Source: Erysipelotrichaceae bacterium
Lineage (GTDB): Bacteria > Bacillota_I > Bacilli_A > Erysipelotrichales > Erysipelotrichaceae
Reading direction: 5' to 3'
DNA: 32,000 nucleotides
Assembly (NCBI GenBank): GCA_963676105.1
Contig: OY781039.1
Coordinates: 1,440,001 to 1,472,000 of the forward strand
Every line of letters begins with the position of its first letter. The first letter of the stretch is position 1. Below the pieces are notes generated by a model that saw nothing but the letters and a program-made list of their open reading frames with translations, did no database searches and was not told the DNA's origin. Of this stretch, positions 19,481 through 27,721 are shown one piece after another. The translations under genes were made by a program, and so were the position numbers.

Positions 19481-20188
19481 CTACAATGCTTTCTTCTTAA
19501 TATATTTATATTCACGTGGATACATACTTGGACAAGCTTTATCCTTATTAAATAGATAGTGAATTCTATTGCCAGCTGTTGGTAATTCACTTTCAATCAC
19601 TTGAGGTTGATTTAAGTTTAATGCTTTAATCGCATTTAAACTCTTATTCAATTCTTCTTGAGCATTTGATCCCTTCATCGCAATAAAGTCACCACCGACT
19701 TTAACTAAAGGGGTGCATAATTCTAATAAGACAGGTAGTGCCGCAACAGCTCGTGCAGTAACCACATCAAAAGACTCTTTTAAATCCTGACAATCTTCAG
19801 CTCGTTTGTTTAAAATTTTAACATTTTTAAGGTCTAATGCATTGACCACATTCATCATAAACGAACATCGCTTTTGTGTGGGTTCAATACAGACAACCTG
19901 TACATCATTTCGGACAATCGCCAAAGGCAAACCTGGAAATCCAGCTCCAGATCCAATATCCGCTACCATCGCATTTTCTTTAACCATTGGTTCCAACAAC
20001 AAGCTATCTAAGAAGTGTTTTTCACGCACTTCATCAGCATCATTGATGGCCGTTAAGTTCATAACTTGGTTTGTTTCAAAAAGAAGATTTCGATAGACTT
20101 CAAAAGCTTCATCGATTTCTTCAAAACGATCAGGATATTGTTTTTTTAAATGAGATTTAAAAACGCTACGAGAGATGCCACTTTCCAT
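19481..20188 (-). CDS. rsmG: 16S rRNA (guanine527-N7)-methyltransferase
   Basis: SAM loop VADIGSGAGFPGLPLAI. Canonical position after mnmG. Confidence 0.93.
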   Translation of the reverse strand: MESGISRSVFKSHLKKQYPDRFEEIDEAFEVYRNLLFETNQVMNLTAINDADEVREKHFLDSLLLEPMVKENAMVADIGSGAGFPGLPLAIVRNDVQVVCIEPTQKRCSFMMNVVNALDLKNVKILNKRAEDCQDLKESFDVVTARAVAALPVLLELCTPLVKVGGDFIAMKGSNAQEELNKSLNAIKALNLNQPQVIESELPTAGNRIHYLFNKDKACPSMYPREYKYIKKKAL

Positions 20189-20194
20189 AGCGTC

Positions 20195-20200
20195 ATTATA
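20195..20200 (-). promoter_or_regulatory. Perfect TATAAT, 6 nt before the rsmG ATG (leaderless geometry)
   Basis: Minus strand: ttcaatagTATAATgacgctATG. No SD. Confidence 0.4.
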
Positions 20201-20235
20201 CTATTGAACGACAAACTTTCTTAAACAAGTTCATC

Positions 20236-22083
20236 TCATTTTCGATTCAAATAGGTTTTTAAAACGACAAGGTCTGCTGGATTGACCCCTGAAATACGTG
20301 AAGCTTGGCCAAAAGTGATTGGTCTAATCTTAGACAACTTTTGTCTTCCTTCAATAGATAAGTTATCCACTTCATCATAATTAATATCATTCGGTAGTTT
20401 TAAATGTTCAGTTGCTTCTAAACGTTTAACTTCTTTTTTAGCTTTCGCAATGTAACCTTCATATTTTACTTCGATTTCAACGGCTTCAATAACTTCATCA
20501 TTAAAGCCTGTAATATCTGTATAAATTAAAACATCTTTCAAATTTATATTAGGACGTTTAATTAAATCATAAGCACTGATCCCTTCATATAGATTTGGAT
20601 ATCCTTTTTCAATAAGAAGTTCCATGATGGTATCTTTTGGCTTAAATCTAATCTCTCTTAACTTTTCAGTTAAAACCTCAATATCAGATTTCATTTTTAA
20701 ATATCTTGCATATCTATTTTCATTTAATAAACCTATCGCATGACCGAGTTCACTTAAACGCATTTCCGCATTATCGTGTCTTAAAAGTAAACGATGTTCA
20801 GCACGAGATGTTAGTAGTCTATACGGTTCATCCGTTCCTTTAGTGACTAAATCATCTATCATAACCCCAATATAAGCTTGATCACGACCTAGAATAACAG
20901 GTTCTAAATGTCTTAATTTCTGTACCGCATTGATTCCTGCCATTAAACCTTGAGCCGCTGCTTCTTCATAACCAGAAGTTCCATTGATTTGTCCTGCAGT
21001 GTATAGATTCTCAACTGTTTTTACTTCTAAACTTGGATAAAGTTGAGTTGGATCAATCGCATCATATTCAATCGCATAAGCATATTTCTTAATAACACAA
21101 TTCTCTAAGCCAGGTAGTGATCTCAACATCTTCTCTTGAATATCATGAGGCATCGAAGTACTAAAGCCTTGAACATAAGTGGTATCTAAAGATAAACTCT
21201 CTGGTTCTAAGAAGATTTGATGTCTATCTTTATCTGCAAACTTAACCAGTTTATCTTCAATAGAAGGACAATATCTTGGGCCAACACCTTCTACTAAACC
21301 AGAATACATGGCAGATTTTTTAATATTTAAATTGATAATTGAATGAGTTGTAGGTTGAGTATAGATTAAATAACATGGTACTTGTTCTTGTGGATAATCT
21401 TCTTTTTTAAAATCAGCAGAGAAGTGAATAAAGTTTTCATCCCCTTCTTGAAGCAAGCCTTTTGAAAAATCAATCGACGATGTCAAAATACGTGCTGGCG
21501 TACCCGTTTTAAGTCTAAAAGTTTTTAAACCTAAATCTCTAAGTGATTGCGATAAATCATTGGTAGTAGGCATGTCTTCTGGACCAGAAGATGTTGATGT
21601 ATCCCCCACTAAAATTTTTGAGGTCATATAGGTACCAGCTGTCACAATTACTGCATCACAGTCTAGTACTCGTCCATCTTTTGTTTCTACAGCTGTAATT
21701 TTATTATTTTCTGCCACAACTCTAGTCGCAATTCCTTCAACAACTTCTAGATTTTTTGTATTGTGAACCACTTCTTCCATATATTTGGAATAAGCCACTT
21801 TATCTGATTGAACACGTAAGCATTGAACCCCAGGTCCCTTATTACTATTTAACTTTTTAAATTGAATCGCCGTCTTATCGCCGCTAATTCCCATTTGACC
21901 ACCTAAGGCATCAATTTCTCTAACGACTATCCCTTTTGCGGGACCCCCAAGTGATGGATTACAAGGCATACTTGCGATATGATGATGACTCATGGTTAAA
22001 AGAATGGTTTCTACGCCCATTCGACTACTTGCGAGTGCTGCTTCTACACCGGCATGACCGGCCCCAATTACGATAATTTTCAT
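20236..22083 (-). CDS. mnmG: tRNA uridine 5-carboxymethylaminomethyl modification enzyme (FAD-dependent)
   Basis: VIGAGHAGVEAA FAD motif. 615-aa full-length GidA-like sequence. Confidence 0.96.
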   Translation of the reverse strand: MKIIVIGAGHAGVEAALASSRMGVETILLTMSHHHIASMPCNPSLGGPAKGIVVREIDALGGQMGISGDKTAIQFKKLNSNKGPGVQCLRVQSDKVAYSKYMEEVVHNTKNLEVVEGIATRVVAENNKITAVETKDGRVLDCDAVIVTAGTYMTSKILVGDTSTSSGPEDMPTTNDLSQSLRDLGLKTFRLKTGTPARILTSSIDFSKGLLQEGDENFIHFSADFKKEDYPQEQVPCYLIYTQPTTHSIINLNIKKSAMYSGLVEGVGPRYCPSIEDKLVKFADKDRHQIFLEPESLSLDTTYVQGFSTSMPHDIQEKMLRSLPGLENCVIKKYAYAIEYDAIDPTQLYPSLEVKTVENLYTAGQINGTSGYEEAAAQGLMAGINAVQKLRHLEPVILGRDQAYIGVMIDDLVTKGTDEPYRLLTSRAEHRLLLRHDNAEMRLSELGHAIGLLNENRYARYLKMKSDIEVLTEKLREIRFKPKDTIMELLIEKGYPNLYEGISAYDLIKRPNINLKDVLIYTDITGFNDEVIEAVEIEVKYEGYIAKAKKEVKRLEATEHLKLPNDINYDEVDNLSIEGRQKLSKIRPITFGQASRISGVNPADLVVLKTYLNRK

Positions 22084-22094
22084 TTGCGTACCCT

Positions 22095-22103
22095 ATTATA
22101 ACA
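22095..22103 (-). promoter_or_regulatory. Extended -10 box TGtTATAAT, 11 nt before the mnmG ATG
   Basis: Minus strand: TGtTATAATagggtacgcaaATG. Ambiguous, because AGGG could act as an SD if transcription starts further upstream. Confidence 0.35.
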
Positions 22104-22141
22104 AATCCACAGCACACTTGCGTTTGTTTATGATTTGAACA

Positions 22142-22150
22142 TGTTAAAAT
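22142..22150 (+). promoter_or_regulatory. Extended -10 box TGtTAAAAT for the VIT1-family gene
   Basis: caTGtTAAAATgattatcGAGGTaaaaatATG. Implies a short leader of about 12 nt that contains the SD. Confidence 0.4.
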
Positions 22151-22168
22151 GATTATCGAGGTAAAAAT

Positions 22169-23041
22169 ATGTTAGATGATAAAACTTTAAATACGATTCG
22201 TAAGATGCAACGTGGGGAAATTACGGAATTCTATGTTTACCACAATATCGCAAAACGAGTAAAAGATGATAAAAATCGAGAAATATTAGAAAAAATTGGT
22301 AAAGAAGAAAGAGCTCATTCTTTAATTTGGTCTAAATATACCAATGAAGAATCTAAACCTTATAAACTAAAGGTTTTCTGGTATAGCCTACTTAATGTTA
22401 TTTTTGGTTATACATTCACCCTTAAACTTATGGAGCGTGGAGAAGAGGATGCCAGTGAGATCTACGAAGCTATTTCTGTAGATGTTAAAGAAGCTAAACG
22501 AATTGCGGCTGAAGAAGATGCCCATGAAGCTTCACTCATTGCGATGTTAGATGAAGAAAGACTTCAATATGTTGGTTCTATGGTTTTAGGTTTAAATGAT
22601 GCCTTGGTTGAATTAACAGGTACTTTAGCCGGATTAAGTTTAGCCCTTCAAAATACAAGATTGATTGCTTTATCTGGTTTGGTTACAGGTATATCTGCAA
22701 CCCTTTCTATGGCAAGTTCTGAATATCTATCCGCTAAAAGCGATGGTGAGGAACATCCATTTAAATCAGCAACCTATACCGGTATTATGTATATAGTAGC
22801 GGTTGTCTTAATGACCCTTCCTTATCTATTATTTGATAACAGTCATTATCTATTTGCTTTAGGAACGATGTTGACGATTGTTGTGTTGATTATTTTAATC
22901 TTTACGTACTATGTATCAGTTGCCCAAGATCTCCCCTTTAAATCTCGATTCTTAGAGATGGCAACCATATCATTATCAGTTGCGGCATTCTCATTTATTG
23001 TCGGATTACTGATTAAAAACGTACTAGGTGTAGATATTTAA
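22169..23041 (+). CDS. VIT1/CCC1-family iron/manganese transporter with N-terminal ferritin-like domain
   Basis: N-terminal helical di-iron-like pairs (EERAHS, EEDAHEA) fused to a C-terminal membrane domain (LGLNDALVELTG..., 5 hydrophobic helices). GAGGT SD upstream. Confidence 0.85.
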   Translation: MLDDKTLNTIRKMQRGEITEFYVYHNIAKRVKDDKNREILEKIGKEERAHSLIWSKYTNEESKPYKLKVFWYSLLNVIFGYTFTLKLMERGEEDASEIYEAISVDVKEAKRIAAEEDAHEASLIAMLDEERLQYVGSMVLGLNDALVELTGTLAGLSLALQNTRLIALSGLVTGISATLSMASSEYLSAKSDGEEHPFKSATYTGIMYIVAVVLMTLPYLLFDNSHYLFALGTMLTIVVLIILIFTYYVSVAQDLPFKSRFLEMATISLSVAAFSFIVGLLIKNVLGVDI

Positions 23042-23046
23042 ACAAG

Positions 23047-23073
23047 AGGCTTCCACTAAGGAAGCTTTTTTTA
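23047..23073 (+). terminator. Intrinsic terminator after the VIT1-family gene
   Basis: GCTTCC-actaa-GGAAGC followed by T7. Confidence 0.75.
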
Positions 23074-23079
23074 CGTCTA

Positions 23080-23118
23080 TTGACTCTCTGTACTATCTGT
23101 ACTAGTATTATAGTACAG
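23080..23118 (+). promoter_or_regulatory. Promoter of the GntR-ABC operon overlapped by three CTGTACTA repeats (putative YtrA-type operator)
   Basis: TTGACT (23080-23085), 17 nt, TAGTAT (23103-23108). CTGTACTA occurs at 23088-23095 and 23097-23104, and inverted as TAGTACAG at 23111-23118. Confidence 0.5.
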
Positions 23119-23138
23119 TTGAATAGAAAGGATGTCAT

Positions 23139-23507
23139 ATGATCACATTATCGAGTTTAAGTCGAACACCGATTTATCAACAAATTATCGATCAAGTGTT
23201 AGCCCAAATTGCGGGTGGTGTTTTATCACCTCATAGTCAAATGCCTGCCGTCCGAGCACTTGCGAAAGATTTAGGGATTAACCCTAATACCGTCGTAAAA
23301 GCTTATAACGAATTAGAACATGCGGGTTATTTATACGCAAAAGCTGGGGTCGGTTACTTTGTATGCGAAAGAAATGAGAATGATCAATCGATCAGTAAAA
23401 TGCGTTTAGATGAATGTCGTAAAGAACTTCATCTACTCAAGAATTTAGGTATACAAAAGAAAGATTTAATTAAACTTCTAGATGAAGTCTATGAAGAGGT
23501 GAAATAA
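23139..23507 (+). CDS. GntR-family transcriptional regulator, YtrA subfamily (short C-terminal domain)
   Basis: 122 aa. The wHTH reads PIYQQI...LPAVRALAKDLGINPNTVVKAYNELEHAGYL, followed by only about 50 aa. AAAGGA SD upstream. Confidence 0.88.
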   Translation: MITLSSLSRTPIYQQIIDQVLAQIAGGVLSPHSQMPAVRALAKDLGINPNTVVKAYNELEHAGYLYAKAGVGYFVCERNENDQSISKMRLDECRKELHLLKNLGIQKKDLIKLLDEVYEEVK

Positions 23508-24398
23508 ATGATAAATTGTGAAAATATTTCTAAACAGTTTGATCAAAAGCATGTTTTAGAAAATATCGATTGGCATATCCCGAAAGGGTCTGTCTTTGGA
23601 CTTGTTGGACCAAATGGTGCCGGTAAAAGTACCTTACTCAGAATTATTGCGGGTGTATTAAAAGCAGATGAAGGCACTGTCAGTGTTAAGGGGCAAACTG
23701 TATTTAATAATCCTTTAATAAAAAGACATATTTTATTTGTTTCAGATGATCCCTTTTTCTTAGGACAATCAAGTTTAAAAGAGATGAAAGAATTCTATCA
23801 AATCTTTTATCCAAAATTTGATGAAGGAATGTATCAACGTTTAGTTACAATTTTTAAAATCGATGAAACAGCTTCTATTCAAAATTTCTCAAAGGGAATG
23901 AAACGACAAGCTTCAGTTATCTTAGCTTTATCAGTCATGCCTGATGTTTTACTTTTAGATGAAGCCTTTGATGGTTTAGATCCCGTAATGCGATTAACAC
24001 TTAAGCGAATTATTACAGATGAACTTTTAAATCGAGAAATGACAGTTATCATTTCTTCTCATAACTTAAGAGAACTTGAAGATATCTGTGATCGTATTGC
24101 ATTGCTTAACGATACAAAAATTACTTTACAAGATGAAGTAGAAAATATTCGTGGTAACTATCACAAACTTCAAATTGCCTATAAAGAAGCAAATCATGAT
24201 GACTTATTTAAATCCTTTAATGCCTTGCATCTTGAGAAAAGAGGCCATGTTTATATGATGGTCACAAAAGGTGAACTCAGAGATATTAAATCTCAAATCG
24301 AAAAAACAAAACCTGTGTTATTTGAAGAAATTCCAGTAAGCATGGAAGAAGTCTTTGTTTATGAAATGGAGGGAAGCAATTATGGCAAACTTATTTAG
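23508..24398 (+). CDS. ABC transporter ATP-binding protein
   Basis: Walker A GPNGAGKST, signature-like FSKGMKRQ, Walker B LLLDEAFDGLD and H-loop SSHNL. The ATG abuts the GntR stop codon. Confidence 0.93.
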   Translation: MINCENISKQFDQKHVLENIDWHIPKGSVFGLVGPNGAGKSTLLRIIAGVLKADEGTVSVKGQTVFNNPLIKRHILFVSDDPFFLGQSSLKEMKEFYQIFYPKFDEGMYQRLVTIFKIDETASIQNFSKGMKRQASVILALSVMPDVLLLDEAFDGLDPVMRLTLKRIITDELLNREMTVIISSHNLRELEDICDRIALLNDTKITLQDEVENIRGNYHKLQIAYKEANHDDLFKSFNALHLEKRGHVYMMVTKGELRDIKSQIEKTKPVLFEEIPVSMEEVFVYEMEGSNYGKLI

Positions 24399-26598
24399 AA
24401 TGCGTGTCAACATTGATTATCTTCGTTTCTTAGTCAAACGAAATAGACGTTTTATTATATTGATGACTTCCGCAATGTTGGTTGTATTTCCAATTTTGTA
24501 TCTTACAACGATGACGATTAGTCCAAATTCTAGAGCTGAAACCATTCGTGTTCTAGGACAAGTCTTAAATTTAATCCTTTTAATTATTTCTGCCTTTATC
24601 TTACCGATTATTCTATTTTCCTATATGAATAAGAAAAAGGACTTAGATGTTTATCACGCTTTACCAATAACACAAGGTGATTTATTTATCACTACGGCAG
24701 TATCATCGCTTATTCTTCTTACCCTTCCATTTATCATTAGTTGGCTCAGTGGTAACTTAGTTTCACTGGATGCTGAATTCACTTGGGTAAATATGCTTGA
24801 AAATGGACTCAGTAGTTTACTGATCGCATATGCGATTGCGGCAATCGTGACATTAGCTTTGGTTCATGTCGGAACAAGTGCAGACGGCATTATCTATGCT
24901 GCGCTATTGAATGTTTTACCCGTTTCAGCCTATTTAGCTTATAACTTCTTTAGAAGCATAATCTTCTTAGGTTTCAGTATGGAAAACTCAGTACTAAGAA
25001 TTGTTGGTTTGATTTTTCCTATTTGGTCAATCTTTGAAAACCAATTTGAATTTAGTGATCGAATGTTTGATTCTTCTTTATTTAATGGACTTTACTGGTT
25101 AGCTTGGACAATTATCATTTTCTCACTATCACGACTTGTTTATATCAATCGCAAACACGAGAAAGCGGAGTCAGCTTTTACTAATCAATATTTCTTCCCT
25201 GTCATCTCAAGTTTCTTCATGATTATACTAATCTTTATCATGTACTCTTCTTTTTACACCATCAGCGAAAATACTCAACAAAGTTTCTACACTTTAGCTA
25301 ATTTTATTTTCCCATTCTTCTTTGCGGGAGTTGTCTATCTAGTGATGGATACGATTTCTCAAAGATCCTTCAAACACCTCTTTAAAGCAATGTTGAAATA
25401 TCTCATTATTTCGATTGCAGGATTTTCACTATTACTATTAGGTTTATTCTCAAGAAACTTTAGTTTTGTGACACGTATTCCTGATTTAGAAGATGTAAAA
25501 TCTATTGAACTAACACTCAATGATTATCAACACTATATCTTTAATTCAGACTATACCTATAATAACTATAATGATGATTTCAATACCATCACCATTAATG
25601 ATGAAGCAGGCATTCAAGCCATCATTCATCTCCATAATATTATCTTAGATGAATATGCTTGGATTGATTATTCAACCAGTTCTGAATATCGCTATAACAG
25701 TAATCAACTGATTACTGCCATCGAAGCAAGTGATGGCTATACACAAAGTTATGAATCCTATCCTTTTACGATTGATAATGCTTACTCACAAGTTTATGTT
25801 AGTTTTACCTACGAGTTAAATGGTGGTCAAAAAATCTCCAGGCAATACCAAATCCCTTACACCTGGACCAAAGTTTTATATGAACTCTATGACTCTCCTT
25901 CTATTCTAAAATATATCGCCCCAGGGCTTGCCTATATTGATACTTATAGTACTGTTGGTCATGCGATCCTTAGAGAATATACAAATGCTGATTTAGTTGA
26001 AATTAATAATATTGACTTGAATCAACTTAAAGAAGCTTATCTAAAAGACATGGATTCATGGACTAAAGATACTTATTTAGAACTTCAAGATCAAACACTA
26101 GCCGTTTTAAATTTAAGAACAGAAAAACAAAACAACTACATTGAAACAGATATTACGCTCTCAAACTTAACAGTTAATACCAATGCTTATCTTGCAAGTT
26201 TAGTCGATTTCCCTCAGCCTGCAGATGACTTCATATCAATTACATTAGTAGATACCTACAATCATGAAGAGAATATGCTCTTTCATCGACCTTCAACGGC
26301 TTCTTATTATTATTTTGAGAATCCAAACGAAAAAGTAATGAGATATGTTCAATTGAATGCTGAACTCTACCAAGCAATCCTACCTTACACAACACAATTT
26401 GGTTTATCAGAAGAACCATTACTGGCCATAAGTATTCGAGAAGCAAACATCGATGATATCGAACTCGATAATATGAACTTCAATAATACGATGCTTATTA
26501 AAAATGAATATAGGGATATTGTTTTAGATTTAATCAAGGATCTCGAAGTTAAAGAATCAACGGATTTCTATGTCTTTGATACCATGCTTAGTCAATAA
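24382..26598 (+). CDS. Uncharacterised polytopic membrane protein (putative ABC permease partner) with a ~370-aa C-terminal soluble domain
   Basis: Start set at MANLFRM (24382), which has GGAGGGA 7-8 nt upstream and a 17-nt overlap with the ATPase gene. Residues 1-370 hold about 10-11 hydrophobic segments. Residues ~370-738 are Tyr/Asn/Asp-rich. I read no Cys in the whole protein and see no recognisable catalytic motif. Confidence 0.75.
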   Translation: MANLFRMRVNIDYLRFLVKRNRRFIILMTSAMLVVFPILYLTTMTISPNSRAETIRVLGQVLNLILLIISAFILPIILFSYMNKKKDLDVYHALPITQGDLFITTAVSSLILLTLPFIISWLSGNLVSLDAEFTWVNMLENGLSSLLIAYAIAAIVTLALVHVGTSADGIIYAALLNVLPVSAYLAYNFFRSIIFLGFSMENSVLRIVGLIFPIWSIFENQFEFSDRMFDSSLFNGLYWLAWTIIIFSLSRLVYINRKHEKAESAFTNQYFFPVISSFFMIILIFIMYSSFYTISENTQQSFYTLANFIFPFFFAGVVYLVMDTISQRSFKHLFKAMLKYLIISIAGFSLLLLGLFSRNFSFVTRIPDLEDVKSIELTLNDYQHYIFNSDYTYNNYNDDFNTITINDEAGIQAIIHLHNIILDEYAWIDYSTSSEYRYNSNQLITAIEASDGYTQSYESYPFTIDNAYSQVYVSFTYELNGGQKISRQYQIPYTWTKVLYELYDSPSILKYIAPGLAYIDTYSTVGHAILREYTNADLVEINNIDLNQLKEAYLKDMDSWTKDTYLELQDQTLAVLNLRTEKQNNYIETDITLSNLTVNTNAYLASLVDFPQPADDFISITLVDTYNHEENMLFHRPSTASYYYFENPNEKVMRYVQLNAELYQAILPYTTQFGLSEEPLLAISIREANIDDIELDNMNFNNTMLIKNEYRDIVLDLIKDLEVKESTDFYVFDTMLSQ

Positions 26599-26621
26599 AA
26601 AAGACACGCTGTGTCTTTTTT
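26597..26621. terminator. Bidirectional terminator between the 738-aa gene and the response-regulator gene
   Basis: AAAAAGACAC-gct-GTGTCTTTTTT. Confidence 0.7.
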
Positions 26622-27621
26622 AATCGGCCATTTGGAAATGTTCTCTTTGAACCTTCGAGAAGTTATGTTCAACCACATGATTGAAGTAGTCCCAATCTTC
26701 TTCTGACTCTAAATATTGTTTTAAATTGAAGAGAATATTTCTAAGTTTATCAACATCATTCTTTTGTTCAAGTGAATGAATCAATGTGTGTTGTAGATTA
26801 AAGAAATGTTTTTTACATGAATGTGCATAATCTAAATGCCATTCATTTCTAAAGTTATAAAGTAAACCTTTACCATACGTTAGAAGTGATAATTCTAAAC
26901 GATGCATAGACATCTTATTTGAATCAAGCTCCATGAACTTAAGGTAATCAATATTAACGTCATCTAAAATTAAATGATACTCTTGATCGACATATTCAAT
27001 ATTGATATATTGATCCACAATTTCAATATCATGTCTTAATTCATAAATGAGGGCTTTTAATTCATGTATGGAGTATGCAAAATCTTTGTCATTCATAACA
27101 TCTTTAGCCATCTCTACAGCACTTGCTTTGAACTTATGTAGAATGAGATAAGCTAGAATCTCTTTTTGACGCTTACGTACAATTCTGACATTACGTGAAT
27201 TCATCTTCACTTCCATGCTTCCAAACATTTTAACGGATACTTCTCCAATAAAGCGTTCAACTGGTTTATGTTTATAGCGTTTAGCCTTCTGAACAACCGT
27301 TCTTAATCGATGTGGATTAATAGGTTTTAATATATATTCGATATCATAGTTTTCAAACACTTCTGCTTCATTATTTTTGAAGCGTGTTAAAAACACTATA
27401 TAGGTATCTGGATTAGCCTTTTGTAGTTGAAATGCTAAATCAAATGGATCTTCATGATTAATTGAGTAGTCAATAAAAATGATGTCATAAAAATTGTGTT
27501 CATGAACATCTAAATGACTAATTTCACTTATCACAAAATTATCTTTGACATCTAAAAGATTTAAATTACTAATCAACTGTCTTGTAATTTTATTATCTGC
27601 TTCTAATATTAAACTTCTCAT
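26620..27621 (-). CDS. Response regulator: REC receiver + SARP-type winged-helix + BTAD-like helical domain
   Basis: Receiver landmarks: LILEAD, IIFIDYS (putative phospho-Asp), VFLT and YILKP. Then a SARP-like VKMFGSMEVKMNSRNVRIVRKRQKEILAYLILH, ALIYELRHDI, and a C-terminal helical region. GAGGGGGG SD upstream. Confidence 0.75.
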   Translation of the reverse strand: MRSLILEADNKITRQLISNLNLLDVKDNFVISEISHLDVHEHNFYDIIFIDYSINHEDPFDLAFQLQKANPDTYIVFLTRFKNNEAEVFENYDIEYILKPINPHRLRTVVQKAKRYKHKPVERFIGEVSVKMFGSMEVKMNSRNVRIVRKRQKEILAYLILHKFKASAVEMAKDVMNDKDFAYSIHELKALIYELRHDIEIVDQYINIEYVDQEYHLILDDVNIDYLKFMELDSNKMSMHRLELSLLTYGKGLLYNFRNEWHLDYAHSCKKHFFNLQHTLIHSLEQKNDVDKLRNILFNLKQYLESEEDWDYFNHVVEHNFSKVQREHFQMAD

Positions 27622-27691
27622 ATGCCCCCCTCACTTCCTAATTCGTTTAACTTTAAATGTATTTTGTCAAAGTAGAAAATGATAATCAACG

Positions 27692-27721
27692 ATTATAAAT
27701 AAAAATCATGTTTATAAACAT
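27692..27721 (-). promoter_or_regulatory. Candidate promoter of the response-regulator gene with a 14-bp perfect palindrome
   Basis: Minus-strand TATAAT at 27692-27697. The perfect palindrome ATGTTTATAAACAT (27708-27721) covers the -35/spacer region. Confidence 0.35.

Noticed and set aside
22084-22168. Possible replication origin at the divergent mnmG/VIT1 gap. There is a strand switch next to the gid/par cluster, plus the DnaA-box-like AAATCCACA at 22104-22112.
   Set aside because: The gap is only 85 bp. It holds a single box with two mismatches to TTATCCACA, no box cluster, no AT-rich unwinding element beyond background, and no dnaA/dnaN nearby. Gene orientation reverts to the minus strand at 26.6 kb.
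5015-26598. Longer N-terminal extensions given by the ORF track for purB (6325), yigZ (6252), rsmA (13541), rnmV (14023), mnmE (17101) and the 738-aa protein (24355).
   Set aside because: The extensions overlap neighbouring genes or promoters, add residues absent from the family N-termini, and lack SDs. Internal Met codons give canonical N-termini and ATGA/TAATG-type coupling. These starts remain unverified without proteomics.
27686-27721. Tiny ORF MFINMIFIYNR on the minus strand, starting inside the 14-bp palindrome upstream of the response-regulator gene. It could be a leader peptide.
   Set aside because: It has 11 codons, no SD, and is expected by chance in AT-rich sequence. No attenuator-like alternative hairpins follow it.
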